Origin: a virus
Lineage: Duplodnaviria > Caudoviricetes
Virus record (IMG/VR): IMGVR_UViG_3300038365_000149
Coordinates: 1-35,091 of that record
DNA length: 35,091 bases
Reading direction: 5' to 3' (one strand)
Positions 1 through 8,312 of the stretch are shown one piece after another. Both the position numbers and the translations under genes were made by a program. The stretch's first letter is position 1; every line of letters starts with the position of its first letter. Under the pieces are notes generated by a model. The model was given only the letters and a program-made list of their open reading frames with translations, did no database searches and had not been told where the DNA came from.

Positions 1-267
1 GGCCTCATTCTCGGCGAGAAGGGCGTCAACATCGCCATCCCGGAGCTGGAGGCGCACGTCCCGGACGTGGAGATGACCCACGAGGCGTCGCTCGGAAAGA
101 TCGCGAGGGACCAGGTGGAGTACATCATGTCCCGCGGCCTGTCGGAGGACGAGGCGGTCGGCATGATCGTCCGCGGCTTCCTGGAGGTCGGCATCCGGAA
201 CATCCCGGAGGAGCTGAAGGCCGAGATCGACAAGACCATCGCCCAGGCCGAGCTGTCCAAGGGCTGA
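1..267 (+). CDS. sufB: SufB/SufD-family Fe-S cluster assembly protein, C-terminal part (host gene, 5' end outside window)
   Basis: Frame open from base 1: ...AIPELEAHVPDVEMTHEASLGKIARDQVEYIMSRGLSEDEAVGMIVRGFL, the canonical SufBD C-terminal signature (THEA-x-G-x-I...Y-x-MSRGL-x-E-x-EA...GF). Confidence 0.9.
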   Translation, partial: GLILGEKGVNIAIPELEAHVPDVEMTHEASLGKIARDQVEYIMSRGLSEDEAVGMIVRGFLEVGIRNIPEELKAEIDKTIAQAELSKG

Positions 268-270
268 AAC

Positions 271-295
271 CACTTTCTCATTTCCCCTATTTTTC
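271..295 (+). terminator. Archaeal-type pyrimidine/oligo-T terminator
   Basis: CACTTTCTCATTTCCCCTATTTTTT immediately after the sufBD stop codon. Confidence 0.5.
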
Positions 296-339
296 GCACG
301 CGGTTCTTTACATCGGGGCGGTCATCGCCGGTCGATACA

Positions 340-717
340 ATGGCGGGAGAGAGCATCAGAACCCCGGACAAGAGCTCGAAGAGGGTCGGCCGCGCCATCG
401 TAGGCGTGGTCGCCATCGTCGCCTTGCTCATTGCGGCCTACCTCGGCACCGGCCTGAGCATGTCGATCGATGAGTACTCGACGACCGAGGTGCCGTTCGT
501 AGGCGTTGGGTTCAGCATCGCCCTCAAGAACGACGGGCTGTTCACTCAGACCAAGGTCGTGCACTGCGAGGTCCGCACCGATGACGGCGTGTACAACGCG
601 TCTAGGGAGGTGACTCTCGGCCCGGGCGAGAGGGCGGAGTTCGTCATGGCTGTCCCCATCATAGGATTGGACACCGATGACGTTCGGGAAAAGAAGTGTT
701 ACACAGCCCTGCTGTGA
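340..717 (+). CDS. Membrane-anchored hypothetical protein (probably host)
   Basis: 125-aa ORF with a basic N-terminus, one TM helix (AIVGVVAIVALLIAAYLG) and a beta-rich ectodomain. Confidence 0.7.
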   Translation: MAGESIRTPDKSSKRVGRAIVGVVAIVALLIAAYLGTGLSMSIDEYSTTEVPFVGVGFSIALKNDGLFTQTKVVHCEVRTDDGVYNASREVTLGPGERAEFVMAVPIIGLDTDDVREKKCYTALL

Positions 718-866
718 GGCGTCTCACCCTTTCCTCCTCATTTGAGTCCGGTCGTATTGATTGATTTTCAATTTATTATAATCACGCCAGATAACGATGG
801 ATTCAATTCAAAAGATTAATTTCCCTCCCGCGTTCACCCGCGGTCAGCTCCCCTAAACTCAGCCGA

Positions 867-1013
867 TTGAGTCACGAAAACCCAAACCCCTTCCCCATCT
901 CTTTTTCTTATGATCATCACGGAGATGAGGATCTCGCCTGCGCCGGCGTGATAGTGTTCGCCTCGATCCTCCTGCTGCTGTTCATTCTACATCTCATCGT
1001 GGGGGTGCTGTAG
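867..1013 (+). CDS. Possible 48-aa small membrane protein
   Basis: TTG start; ends ...DEDLACAGVIVFASILLLLFILHLIVGVL-TAG with a clear hydrophobic helix. TATA-like AAAAGATTAAT at 810-820 upstream. Start codon uncertain. Confidence 0.35.
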   Translation: MSHENPNPFPISFSYDHHGDEDLACAGVIVFASILLLLFILHLIVGVL

Positions 1014-1360
1014 TGTTGCATCCCTCTCATGCATGCAACAACTTCACCACCGAGCCTCGGCGCTCCAGCGCAGTTTGTTGCATGATTTGTTGTGTGTTGC
1101 ACGCGCGCGCCGAGAACAGCGGGAAAATGCCCCTGCGCGGTGCCTCGATGACTCTAGCCAGATGTGACGTGAGGAACCGAAGGAAACCGCCTCCCTGCAC
1201 TTGCTAGGGCCTTGCAACAAACCTTCGCGAACACGTGTGCCCCAGTGGACATGCTGTTGACGTAAACGAACGAAACGACCAACGACGCGCGCGAGGCCGA
1301 GAGGGAGTCTTCCTCGATGGTCCGGGGCGCGCGCGTGCAACAACAAAATTGCAACAAACC
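1014..1360. repeat. Symmetric array of TGTTGCA/TGCAACA heptamers with long inverted arms
   Basis: TGTTGCA at 1014, 1076, 1095; TGCAACA at 1034, 1213, 1336, 1350. Perfect 17-bp IR 1095-1111/1326-1342, perfect 10-bp IR 1073-1082/1350-1359, and a 12-bp direct repeat 1212-1223/1349-1360. Confidence 0.85.
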
Positions 1361-1372
1361 GAGGAAACGGGA

Positions 1373-1852
1373 ATGGACAAGCTAGACAAGATCAACAGGA
1401 TCGTGAGCCGGCTCGACCTCTACGTGATGAACGATGGCAAGCTCATCGATCATCAGAGCGTCATCGAGATAGTCATGGAGGCGGCGCTCGGGTGGGGGGA
1501 GATCATCCTCCAGGAGAAGACCAAGGCCAACTACGTGCGCTTCTTGGTCGACTCCCGCGTGCTCGAACGGGTGAACGAGGACACCTATCGCTTCCACGGC
1601 GACCGGTGGACCTACGCCAGGGAGAAGGTCGAGGACGCCTTGGCCGCCAGGCCGCTGAGCATGAACCAATCGCTCGCGGTCGACATGCTCGCGTCCGGCT
1701 GTTCGGACGCGGAGACGGCGGCGCAGGTCGGCGTGGACCGCTCGACGGTGTGGAGGTGGCGGACATCCTCCCGAAGCTTCATCACCCAGCTGTCAGCGGC
1801 CAAGCAAGAGCGGACCGAACGGATCGAGGTCACGATCGAGGCGGTGCGCTGA
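1373..1852 (+). CDS. DNA-binding protein with N-terminal winged-helix-like region and C-terminal HTH (phBC6A51/HTH_23-like)
   Basis: ATG 1373 after GAGGA. C-terminal QSLAVDMLASGCSDAETAAQVGVDRSTVWRWR is an HTH; N-terminal YVRFLVDSRVLERVNEDTYRF resembles a helix plus wing. Confidence 0.75.
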   Translation: MDKLDKINRIVSRLDLYVMNDGKLIDHQSVIEIVMEAALGWGEIILQEKTKANYVRFLVDSRVLERVNEDTYRFHGDRWTYAREKVEDALAARPLSMNQSLAVDMLASGCSDAETAAQVGVDRSTVWRWRTSSRSFITQLSAAKQERTERIEVTIEAVR

Positions 1853-1854
1853 GC

Positions 1855-2053
1855 ATGATCGCCCGCTACCGCCCCGTGACCTACGAGGACCTGCCGGCCA
1901 TCAAGCGCGCTCTGCGCCGCGTCGACGAGCCGTTCCGGGCCTCGGAGCTCGTGCCCCACCTGCCCGAGGTCCTGCGCGACCTGGAGCCCCGTGAGATCGG
2001 TCGAGCACTGTTATACAGGGGACTTGCGGAGCGGGCGGGCGATCATCAGCTGA
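1855..2053 (+). pseudogene. Small winged-helix-like gene, apparently frameshifted just before its natural stop
   Basis: ATG 1855 (MIARYRPVTYEDLPAIKRAL...EIGRALLYRGLAER). The TGA at 2051-2053, followed by the SD and ATG of the next gene, is in the +1 frame after a GGGC/GGCG duplication near 2032-2041. Confidence 0.45.
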
Positions 2054-2062
2054 GGAGGCGAC

Positions 2063-2233
2063 ATGTCTCGAATGATCAAGGAGGACGGGCCGCCGAGGTG
2101 CCCGGACTGTCAGAGCGACCGCATCATCCGCAGGCAGCCGGACAAGCGATACTGCATGGACTGCTCGGCGGAGTGGACGGCGGTCACAGAGACCCGACCG
2201 CATCGGCGGCCGGGAAAGGAACTGAGATTCTAG
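2063..2233 (+). CDS. 56-aa zinc-ribbon protein (absent from ORF track)
   Basis: GAGGAGG SD, ATG 2063; MSRMIKEDGPPRCPDCQSDRIIRRQPDKRYCMDCSAEW..., a CxxC-x14-CxxC motif. Confidence 0.75.
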   Translation: MSRMIKEDGPPRCPDCQSDRIIRRQPDKRYCMDCSAEWTAVTETRPHRRPGKELRF

Positions 2234-2244
2234 GAGATATGAGA

Positions 2245-3378
2245 ATGACAACTGAAACAGAACCTACTAGCGAGAGCCAGATGTGCGCAGCCTGCGCCAA
2301 CCTGAACAGCGCGCTGTGCGATGACGTATGCCATGGCAAGAGTGAGTGGAAGAGCAAGCAGAAGAACCGGAAGAAGCCCGAGGACGCGCCTAAGGCTCCC
2401 GCCGTCCACGAGGACGGGACGATCATCGGGACCATCAACAACCCCGAGGCCCTGGATGCGCTGGAGAAGTGCAAGCACCACGGCGAGAAGGTCGATGTCA
2501 ACGAGGAAGGTGTGACTTTCTGCTCGGAGTGTGGTCTGGCCGCACCGACAAACCCAGTCCCAGAAGAGGAGTCTAGGAAGTGCTCCGACTGCAACGACAT
2601 CAACAGCGCGGAGCGCTGCATCTACTGCGATGGAGATCCCAACGAGGACCGCGCGGGGGACAAGTTCATCCCGGAGGACAAAGCGGTCGAGCAGGTGCAG
2701 CAGGTCCCCGGTGACGAGCCGAACTGGGACACCTTCGACGACCGCGCTGCCGCCGCCCCGGATCCCATGATGGAGGAGGGGCAGGGCGAACCGCAGCACG
2801 CCCTCGTGCCCATAGACGCCCCGACCGAGCCGTGGTGGACCGGCGGGCCGCTCGACACCGTCACCCCCAAGGGTGAGATCATCGGCATGCCCTGGCACAC
2901 CGCGGTGCTCAAGCTCCCGGCCGGACAGTACCTAGTGCTCAAGGCAGGAGACTACAACTTCGGAGGCATCAAGGCGACGTTGACCGATCCGATGATGGTC
3001 AAGTGCCCCTGCGAGCCGGACGACATCCTGAAGGGCATGCTCATGGTCACAGAGGCGGACGCCAGGTCCGCAGCCGAGGAGGAGAGCAGAACAGAGTACC
3101 GCCCAGGCCACAACGGTCAGAGCACCCTGGAGGGCGAGCCGCTGGTCCGCGGCTGCATCGAGCGCAATCCAGTAGTGCAGGTCTGCGTGACCGTGGACAA
3201 GTTCCTCCTCAGAACGACCGAGGAGGGCCTGGAGCGCGCGATGGACAAGGAGCCAGGGGAGCTGGAGCAGTGGATATATCGCAAGATGCGCCCGCTCGGC
3301 AAGGAGACGGTCATCGGCAAGGACGATTGGGCGGAGGGCATGCGTCAGCTACGCACCGTCATCGAGGGGGCGGACTGA
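2245..3378 (+). CDS. Cys-rich multi-zinc-finger hypothetical protein
   Basis: AGGAG SD, ATG 2245; CAAC..C..C, CKHH..CSEC and CSDC..CIYC clusters, acidic linker, globular C-terminus. Confidence 0.7.
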   Translation: MTTETEPTSESQMCAACANLNSALCDDVCHGKSEWKSKQKNRKKPEDAPKAPAVHEDGTIIGTINNPEALDALEKCKHHGEKVDVNEEGVTFCSECGLAAPTNPVPEEESRKCSDCNDINSAERCIYCDGDPNEDRAGDKFIPEDKAVEQVQQVPGDEPNWDTFDDRAAAAPDPMMEEGQGEPQHALVPIDAPTEPWWTGGPLDTVTPKGEIIGMPWHTAVLKLPAGQYLVLKAGDYNFGGIKATLTDPMMVKCPCEPDDILKGMLMVTEADARSAAEEESRTEYRPGHNGQSTLEGEPLVRGCIERNPVVQVCVTVDKFLLRTTEEGLERAMDKEPGELEQWIYRKMRPLGKETVIGKDDWAEGMRQLRTVIEGAD

Positions 3379-3623
3379 TGCTGGTCGATACCGCGCCCAT
3401 CCTGGAGGAGATCCTCGACCGAGGCGACCCCATCGAGCGGGACATGACGCCGGAGGAGATGAGAGCGTACGAGGTTGGCTTCTTCGACTGCCTGAACGAG
3501 GAGGTCAACAAGCGACACTTCCTCACCCTCATGATGAAGCTCGACGGCCCGCTGATGGCGCTGGAGATCGCGGGAATGCTGGCCGGCGGGCGCATCCGTG
3601 TTCTGTGCGAGGCGAAGGAATGA
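3378..3623 (+). CDS. Hypothetical protein
   Basis: TGATG coupling with the upstream gene; MLVDTAPILEEILDRG...; 81 aa. Confidence 0.65.
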   Translation: MLVDTAPILEEILDRGDPIERDMTPEEMRAYEVGFFDCLNEEVNKRHFLTLMMKLDGPLMALEIAGMLAGGRIRVLCEAKE

Positions 3624-4084
3624 GTGACAACATCTCCTTCTACGTCGCCGGGGTGCCCGTCCCTGAGGGCAGCACCCGCGCCTTCGTGGTAAAGGGCAAG
3701 CCTCGCATCGTCCACCAGGGAGCGAAATCCCTCGATGCATGGCGGCAGCGCATAGCCACCGAGGCCCAGCGCGCCCGGCCGGAGCAATGGCCGAACGATG
3801 CGACATCATCGTACGACGTGACAGTGAGCTTCCTGCTCTCCCGTCCGGAGTCGGTCAGGTGGTGGAAGCGCATCCGACCGACCGTCAAGCCCGACATCGA
3901 CAAGACCGGGAGAGCGGTCCTGGACGCTCTGACCGGCATCCTGTGGCCTGACGATTGCCAGGTATGCCTCCTCACCATCGAGAAGGACTATGCCGACAAC
4001 CACGACGACCCCCCAGGTGCATACATCGAGGTCAGTGGGCACGACAACACTGCCCCCCGGCCGCTCAGGAGGGGAGCGAAGTGA
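3620..4084 (+). CDS. rusA: RusA-family Holliday junction resolvase
   Basis: G.P.P.GS.R N-terminus and catalytic KPDIDKTGRAVLDALTGILWPDDCQV motif. Confidence 0.9.
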   Translation: MSDNISFYVAGVPVPEGSTRAFVVKGKPRIVHQGAKSLDAWRQRIATEAQRARPEQWPNDATSSYDVTVSFLLSRPESVRWWKRIRPTVKPDIDKTGRAVLDALTGILWPDDCQVCLLTIEKDYADNHDDPPGAYIEVSGHDNTAPRPLRRGAK

Positions 4085-4338
4085 GCATCACCGCCACCGC
4101 TGCCAACGATGTCGAGATCAGAGTGGCCGCCAACCGCAAGCGCGGCATGGTGCGCCTCTCGCTGGACTATGCCCTGGTGCGCATCGGCGCCGAGATGCTT
4201 CCCACTCAGGCCCGCGAGGTCGGCCAGGCGCTCATTGACGCCGCCGACCGCGCCGAGGGACGCGAGGCCCCGACCAAGCGGGAGCCGGAATGGCTGGCTG
4301 AGGCCCTGAACTCGTGCGGGGGGGTATATCGGCCATGA
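4081..4338 (+). CDS. Hypothetical protein
   Basis: GTGA overlap with the rusA stop, GGAG SD; 85 aa. Confidence 0.6.
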   Translation: MSITATAANDVEIRVAANRKRGMVRLSLDYALVRIGAEMLPTQAREVGQALIDAADRAEGREAPTKREPEWLAEALNSCGGVYRP

Positions 4339-4763
4339 GCACGCACATCATGGCGCTGACCTACGCCCCCAAGATCGAGGCGGTCAAGGTAGGTAAGTGC
4401 TGCCAGACCATAAGGCGCTACAATTCCGACCGACCGAAGCGACCAGGTGACAAGCTCATCATACACACCTGGGCCGGGCGTCCGTACCGCAGCAAGTGGG
4501 ACTGGCGTTTGGAGACTACGATATCACGTATATTGCACCTCTACTTCCCCGACATTCAGAATGGTATTCGCCCCACGGCCTCGGTCCAGGGGGAAAGCGC
4601 CTGGCATATCAGTGATGAGATGTTAACGGCCATCGCCATCGCGGACGGCATCGAGGATCCCTCGGCTGCCTCCCTGCGAGCCACGCTCAAGCGGCTCAAC
4701 GGCATTGATTCTCTCTTCGGCACGGAGTGGGAAGTCATCAGGTGGCAGCCGGAGGCGGTCTGA
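4335..4763 (+). CDS. ASCH-domain (PUA-like) protein
   Basis: IEAVKVGKCCQTIRR...PGDKLII matches the ASCH GxKxxTxR...GD motif with a substitution. Confidence 0.75.
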   Translation: MSTHIMALTYAPKIEAVKVGKCCQTIRRYNSDRPKRPGDKLIIHTWAGRPYRSKWDWRLETTISRILHLYFPDIQNGIRPTASVQGESAWHISDEMLTAIAIADGIEDPSAASLRATLKRLNGIDSLFGTEWEVIRWQPEAV

Positions 4764-4864
4764 TGTCCGGCTGCATCATCCTGCATGGTACGCTGCGTGA
4801 GCTGTCAAGCCTCAACATGGTCCTGACCGAGGAGGACGCCGGCCACGACGGAGGGATAGCATGA
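4763..4864 (+). CDS. 33-aa small hypothetical protein
   Basis: TGATG overlap at the start and ATGA overlap at the end; fills the gap exactly. Confidence 0.45.
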   Translation: MSGCIILHGTLRELSSLNMVLTEEDAGHDGGIA

Positions 4865-5625
4865 CGGCCCGCGTCATGTCCCTTGACGTCTACGCCGCTT
4901 CGGCCGAGCGGCGGCCGACCGCCATAGATCTGTTCTGCGGCTGCGGCGGCTTCTCAGTTGGCCTCATTCAGGGTGGATTCGACGTGCTCCTGGGCCTGGA
5001 CATGGACCAGGCCGCCATGACCTCATACATGTACAACCTGGGCGCGGACGACTGCCAATGGGTCGGGGAGCTGCCGGACAAGCGTTTCCGCGACAAGAAC
5101 TGGGGAGGGAAGGACACACCCCCGCTCTACGGTGACGATCCCCGAGTCGCCGGCGAACCGGCGCCGGAGTGGGCACTTGAATCGCTGAGAGAGCAGCGGG
5201 ACGACCTGCCGTGGCGCCGCACCGTCAAGGTGGCGATGTGCAAGCCCATCCAGGAGGTGCACGGCTGGGACATCTTCGAGTTGCTGGGCGTCGAACATAT
5301 CGATGCTATCGTAGGCGGTCCGCCGTGCCAGTCGTTCAGCATGATCGGCAAGAGAGAAGTGGGCGACGAGCGGGACAACCTCATGTACGAATACGTCCGC
5401 TTGGTGCAGGAGATCCAGCCCTGCTACGTCGCAATGGAGGAGGTGCCGGCAGTTGTGACGAAATGCACGTCCCGCGGCATCAACATCTTCAACGTTTTCA
5501 AGAGGCTGCTGAGCGAACCATATGATGGCCCAACAGCCAAGAGCGTCCTGGGGCTGGAGGATTACAGGTACAACGAGGGATGGATGACATCGTCCGGCCG
5601 GAGGCTGGGGGAGAGGATCGCGTGA
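4861..5625 (+). CDS. DNA cytosine-5 methyltransferase, N-terminal half only (motifs I, IV, VI)
   Basis: IDLFCGCGGFSVG (motif I), GGPPCQSFS (motif IV), MEEVP (motif VI-like). No recognisable motif VIII, TRD, IX or X. Confidence 0.8.
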   Translation: MTARVMSLDVYAASAERRPTAIDLFCGCGGFSVGLIQGGFDVLLGLDMDQAAMTSYMYNLGADDCQWVGELPDKRFRDKNWGGKDTPPLYGDDPRVAGEPAPEWALESLREQRDDLPWRRTVKVAMCKPIQEVHGWDIFELLGVEHIDAIVGGPPCQSFSMIGKREVGDERDNLMYEYVRLVQEIQPCYVAMEEVPAVVTKCTSRGINIFNVFKRLLSEPYDGPTAKSVLGLEDYRYNEGWMTSSGRRLGERIA

Positions 5626-5879
5626 CCCGCCGCAAGCCTCGTCGTGACAAGAACGGTAAGTACCTGCCCCGCGGCCAGACGCCCCGCGAGAAGCCGCGGC
5701 CAGACGCCCCTCTGGTCGCGCCAGTCAAGAGCACCGTCAAAATGGGACATCTGGCCGTAAGGGTATGCGAGGAGTGCTCGGCAGAACTTGAGGAGCGCCG
5801 CGTTCGCATCAGAGGTTACATCCTGTACATCTCGCACTGCCCGCGCTGCTGCCCCGACCCACTGGAGGTGTTATCGTGA
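5622..5879 (+). CDS. Basic zinc-finger protein
   Basis: GTGA overlap; RRDKNGKY basic motif and CEEC...CPRCC. Confidence 0.6.
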   Translation: MTRRKPRRDKNGKYLPRGQTPREKPRPDAPLVAPVKSTVKMGHLAVRVCEECSAELEERRVRIRGYILYISHCPRCCPDPLEVLS

Positions 5880-7978
5880 TCTCCTCCGCGCCGGTGCACG
5901 AGATTGCGGTCGATACCGTCTCTCGGTGGGAATCCTTCTTCCAGAGGACTGAGTACATGCAGAAGGTGCGTGAAATCGCCGACCTGTACCCCGAGCTGAG
6001 CAGCATCATCGTGGACTTCCAGGCGATCGACCACGTCGACTCCGACCTGGCGGAGCAGCTGCTCGACCATCCGGACGCCTGCCTGGCGGCCGGCCGTGAG
6101 GCCATCTGCAACCTAATGCATCAGGATATGAGGCATGCCAGTATAGCGCTCAGAGTTACCAGGCTCCCCAGGGATGCTCGGGTGCGCATCCGTGACCTGC
6201 GAGGCAGGCACATCGGCCGCCTCGTGGCGTTCCCAGCATTGGTCACTAGGAGCGTGCAGCCGAAGCACAATATCATCATCGGCGCGTTCCAGTGCGCCCG
6301 GTGCGGCCAGGTCGTCATGGAGCAGATGCGCGATCGAGCATTCCAGGAACCGCTCGAATGCTACAAGGACCAGGACGGCTGCGGAAGAACGTCCTCAAGC
6401 ACCAAGTTCCGCCTCATCTCTGAACGGTCCAGCACAGAGGACGTGCAGAAAATCGAGTGCCAGGAGCCGCTGGACGATCTCGTTGGCGGCGCATCCCCGG
6501 CCCGCATGACCGTCTGGCTTTCGGGTGAGCTGGCCGGAACCGTATCGGCGGGAGCTAGAGTGATCGTCAACGGTATCATGCGCACCGTGCGGGGGAACGG
6601 CAAGTCTGCCGTGCTCGACGCCGAGGTGGACGCCATCAGCATCGAGCAACAGTCGCAGCGGTTCACCGACATCGAGATCACTCCCGAGGAGGAGGCGGAG
6701 TTCGAGAAGGCATCGAAGGACCCTCAGATATTCGACCACTTGGTGAGCAGCATCGCCCCGGCCATCAAGGGATACGAGAACGAGAAGGCCGGGTTACTGC
6801 TGCAACTCTTCGGCGGTGTCCCAAAGCAGCTGGACGACGGCTCACGGCGCAGGGGTGACATCCACATCCTGCTGGTCGGCGATCCGGGAGTGGCGAAGAG
6901 CCAACTGCTCGAATACATGAGCCACCTGGCCCCGCACGGCGTATACGCCTCGGGCAAATCATCGTCGGGAGTAGGACTAACATGCGCCGCCACCAGGGAC
7001 GCCGATTGGGGAGAGGGGCAATGGACACTGCAGGCCGGGGCGATGGTCCAAGCGAATGGAGGCAACCTGTTCGTTGACGAGCTCGACAAGATGACCGCCG
7101 AGGACCGTTCAGCCATGCATGAGGGGCTGGAATCACAACGCATCACCGTGCACAAGGCTGGCCTAGATGCCACACTCCCGACCGAATGCAGCCTGGCGGC
7201 CGCGGCCAACCCAAAGTATGGCAGGTTCGAGGACACTGAGGAGTTGGCAGCGCAGATCGACCTGCCCGACACGCTGCAGTCCCGCTTCGACCTTATCTAC
7301 ATGATGCGCGACAAGCCGAATCTCAAGGTCGACCGAGACATCGCGTCGCACATCCTGCAGGCGCATCGCCGCGGCGGGGCGCTGCTCAACCGCTACGAGG
7401 TGGGCATGGACGCCGTCATGGAAGACACGGCGGAGATCGCCCCGACATACTCGATGGACTGGTTGCGCAAGTACATCGCCTGGAGCAAGCGCGTCATTCC
7501 CGTCATGACGACGACGGCGGCCAAGCTCATCGAGGATCAGTACGTGACCATACGAGCGACCGGACAGGGGCAGGACAGTAGCGTGCCGATCACCGCGAGG
7601 CAGCTCGAAGGCTACGTCAGACTGTCGGAGGCGATGGCACGGGCGCGGCACTCAAAGGCCGTCGAACCGCGAGACGCCAAGCTGGCTATCGACCTGTGCG
7701 AGTACGCATTGCAGCGCGTCAGCGGGAGCGGGGAGTCGAGAGACGTCGACCGCATCATGTCCGGCACGAGCAAGAAGGACCGCTCGAAGATCCTACTCAT
7801 CCTGGAGATCATCAGATCGGCCGGTCGTCAGGGCATCAGTCGAACTGAGGTCTCGGAGGTCGCTCACGAGCGGCACCGCATCGAGGAGCACGAGACGGCC
7901 ACTGTACTGACGCGACTGCTCGAAAGGGGGGAGATCATGTACAGAGACATGAATAAAGGGATTGTGGCGGTGGTGTGA
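5876..7978 (+). CDS. mcm: MCM replicative helicase
   Basis: GGAGGTG SD; Zn finger CARC...C, Walker A GDPGVAKSQLL, Walker B LFVDELDKM, AAANPKYGRF, Arg finger QSRFDLI, ITARQLE, C-terminal wHTH. Confidence 0.97.
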   Translation: MISSAPVHEIAVDTVSRWESFFQRTEYMQKVREIADLYPELSSIIVDFQAIDHVDSDLAEQLLDHPDACLAAGREAICNLMHQDMRHASIALRVTRLPRDARVRIRDLRGRHIGRLVAFPALVTRSVQPKHNIIIGAFQCARCGQVVMEQMRDRAFQEPLECYKDQDGCGRTSSSTKFRLISERSSTEDVQKIECQEPLDDLVGGASPARMTVWLSGELAGTVSAGARVIVNGIMRTVRGNGKSAVLDAEVDAISIEQQSQRFTDIEITPEEEAEFEKASKDPQIFDHLVSSIAPAIKGYENEKAGLLLQLFGGVPKQLDDGSRRRGDIHILLVGDPGVAKSQLLEYMSHLAPHGVYASGKSSSGVGLTCAATRDADWGEGQWTLQAGAMVQANGGNLFVDELDKMTAEDRSAMHEGLESQRITVHKAGLDATLPTECSLAAAANPKYGRFEDTEELAAQIDLPDTLQSRFDLIYMMRDKPNLKVDRDIASHILQAHRRGGALLNRYEVGMDAVMEDTAEIAPTYSMDWLRKYIAWSKRVIPVMTTTAAKLIEDQYVTIRATGQGQDSSVPITARQLEGYVRLSEAMARARHSKAVEPRDAKLAIDLCEYALQRVSGSGESRDVDRIMSGTSKKDRSKILLILEIIRSAGRQGISRTEVSEVAHERHRIEEHETATVLTRLLERGEIMYRDMNKGIVAVV

Positions 7979-8125
7979 TGGAGTGCGTCCTGCTCATCGC
8001 CGAGGCCGAGGACAGGAGGGGGGGTCTAGATGACCCCCAATTGATGCAGCATGTACAAGAAACGGATGATGCGGAGGAGATCGATCGCAATTCTATACCG
8101 ACGGCACCAAAGCCATCCCTTGACG

Positions 8126-8139
8126 TCTTTCTTTTCTTT
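8126..8139 (+). terminator. Oligo-T terminator of the replication operon
   Basis: TCTTTCTTTTCTTT about 150 nt after the mcm stop. Confidence 0.45.
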
Positions 8140-8277
8140 ACAAAACATCGTTAAAAATATATGGACGGTCCGGCAGCCCGGCGGTCGAGCCGCCCATACA
8201 CCCTCATAATAATCTGTCCGTAAACGGGTCGAAAAGGCCGAGCCAGGTGTGGAAAAAGTATGAACGCGCCCTCGCCT

Positions 8278-8292
8278 AAAACGTAAATAAAA
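8278..8292 (+). promoter_or_regulatory. BRE/TATA promoter for a probably leaderless transcript
   Basis: AAAACGTAAATAAAA about 29 nt before ATG 8313, no SD. Confidence 0.5.
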
Positions 8293-8312
8293 GGTGTCCG
8301 GCTAACTCAATA

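Noticed and set aside
810-820. AAAAGATTAAT shared with 35015-35025 as attL/attR
   Set aside because: Only 11 bp and equally explained as BRE/TATA promoter sequence. Not accepted as att without an empty-site comparison.
718-1013. tRNA integration target at either flank
   Set aside because: No cloverleaf or T-loop GTTCRA/CCA pattern found here or at 34962-35091.
1014-1360. CRISPR array or Mu/Tn-type transposon end
   Set aside because: Repeats are short, in both orientations and irregularly spaced. No cas or DDE transposase gene and no matching right end in the window.
1492-3378. 628-aa ORF as a single gene
   Set aside because: It overlaps the HTH gene out of frame. SD/ATG signals at 1855, 2063 and 2245 indicate separate genes.
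5876-7978. Intein in MCM (or TerL)
   Set aside because: Lengths (700 and 412 aa) and motif spacing are normal, with no intein splice motifs.
7978-8154. 58-aa ORF coupled to the mcm stop
   Set aside because: No recognisable motif and it runs through the oligo-T terminator; insufficient support.
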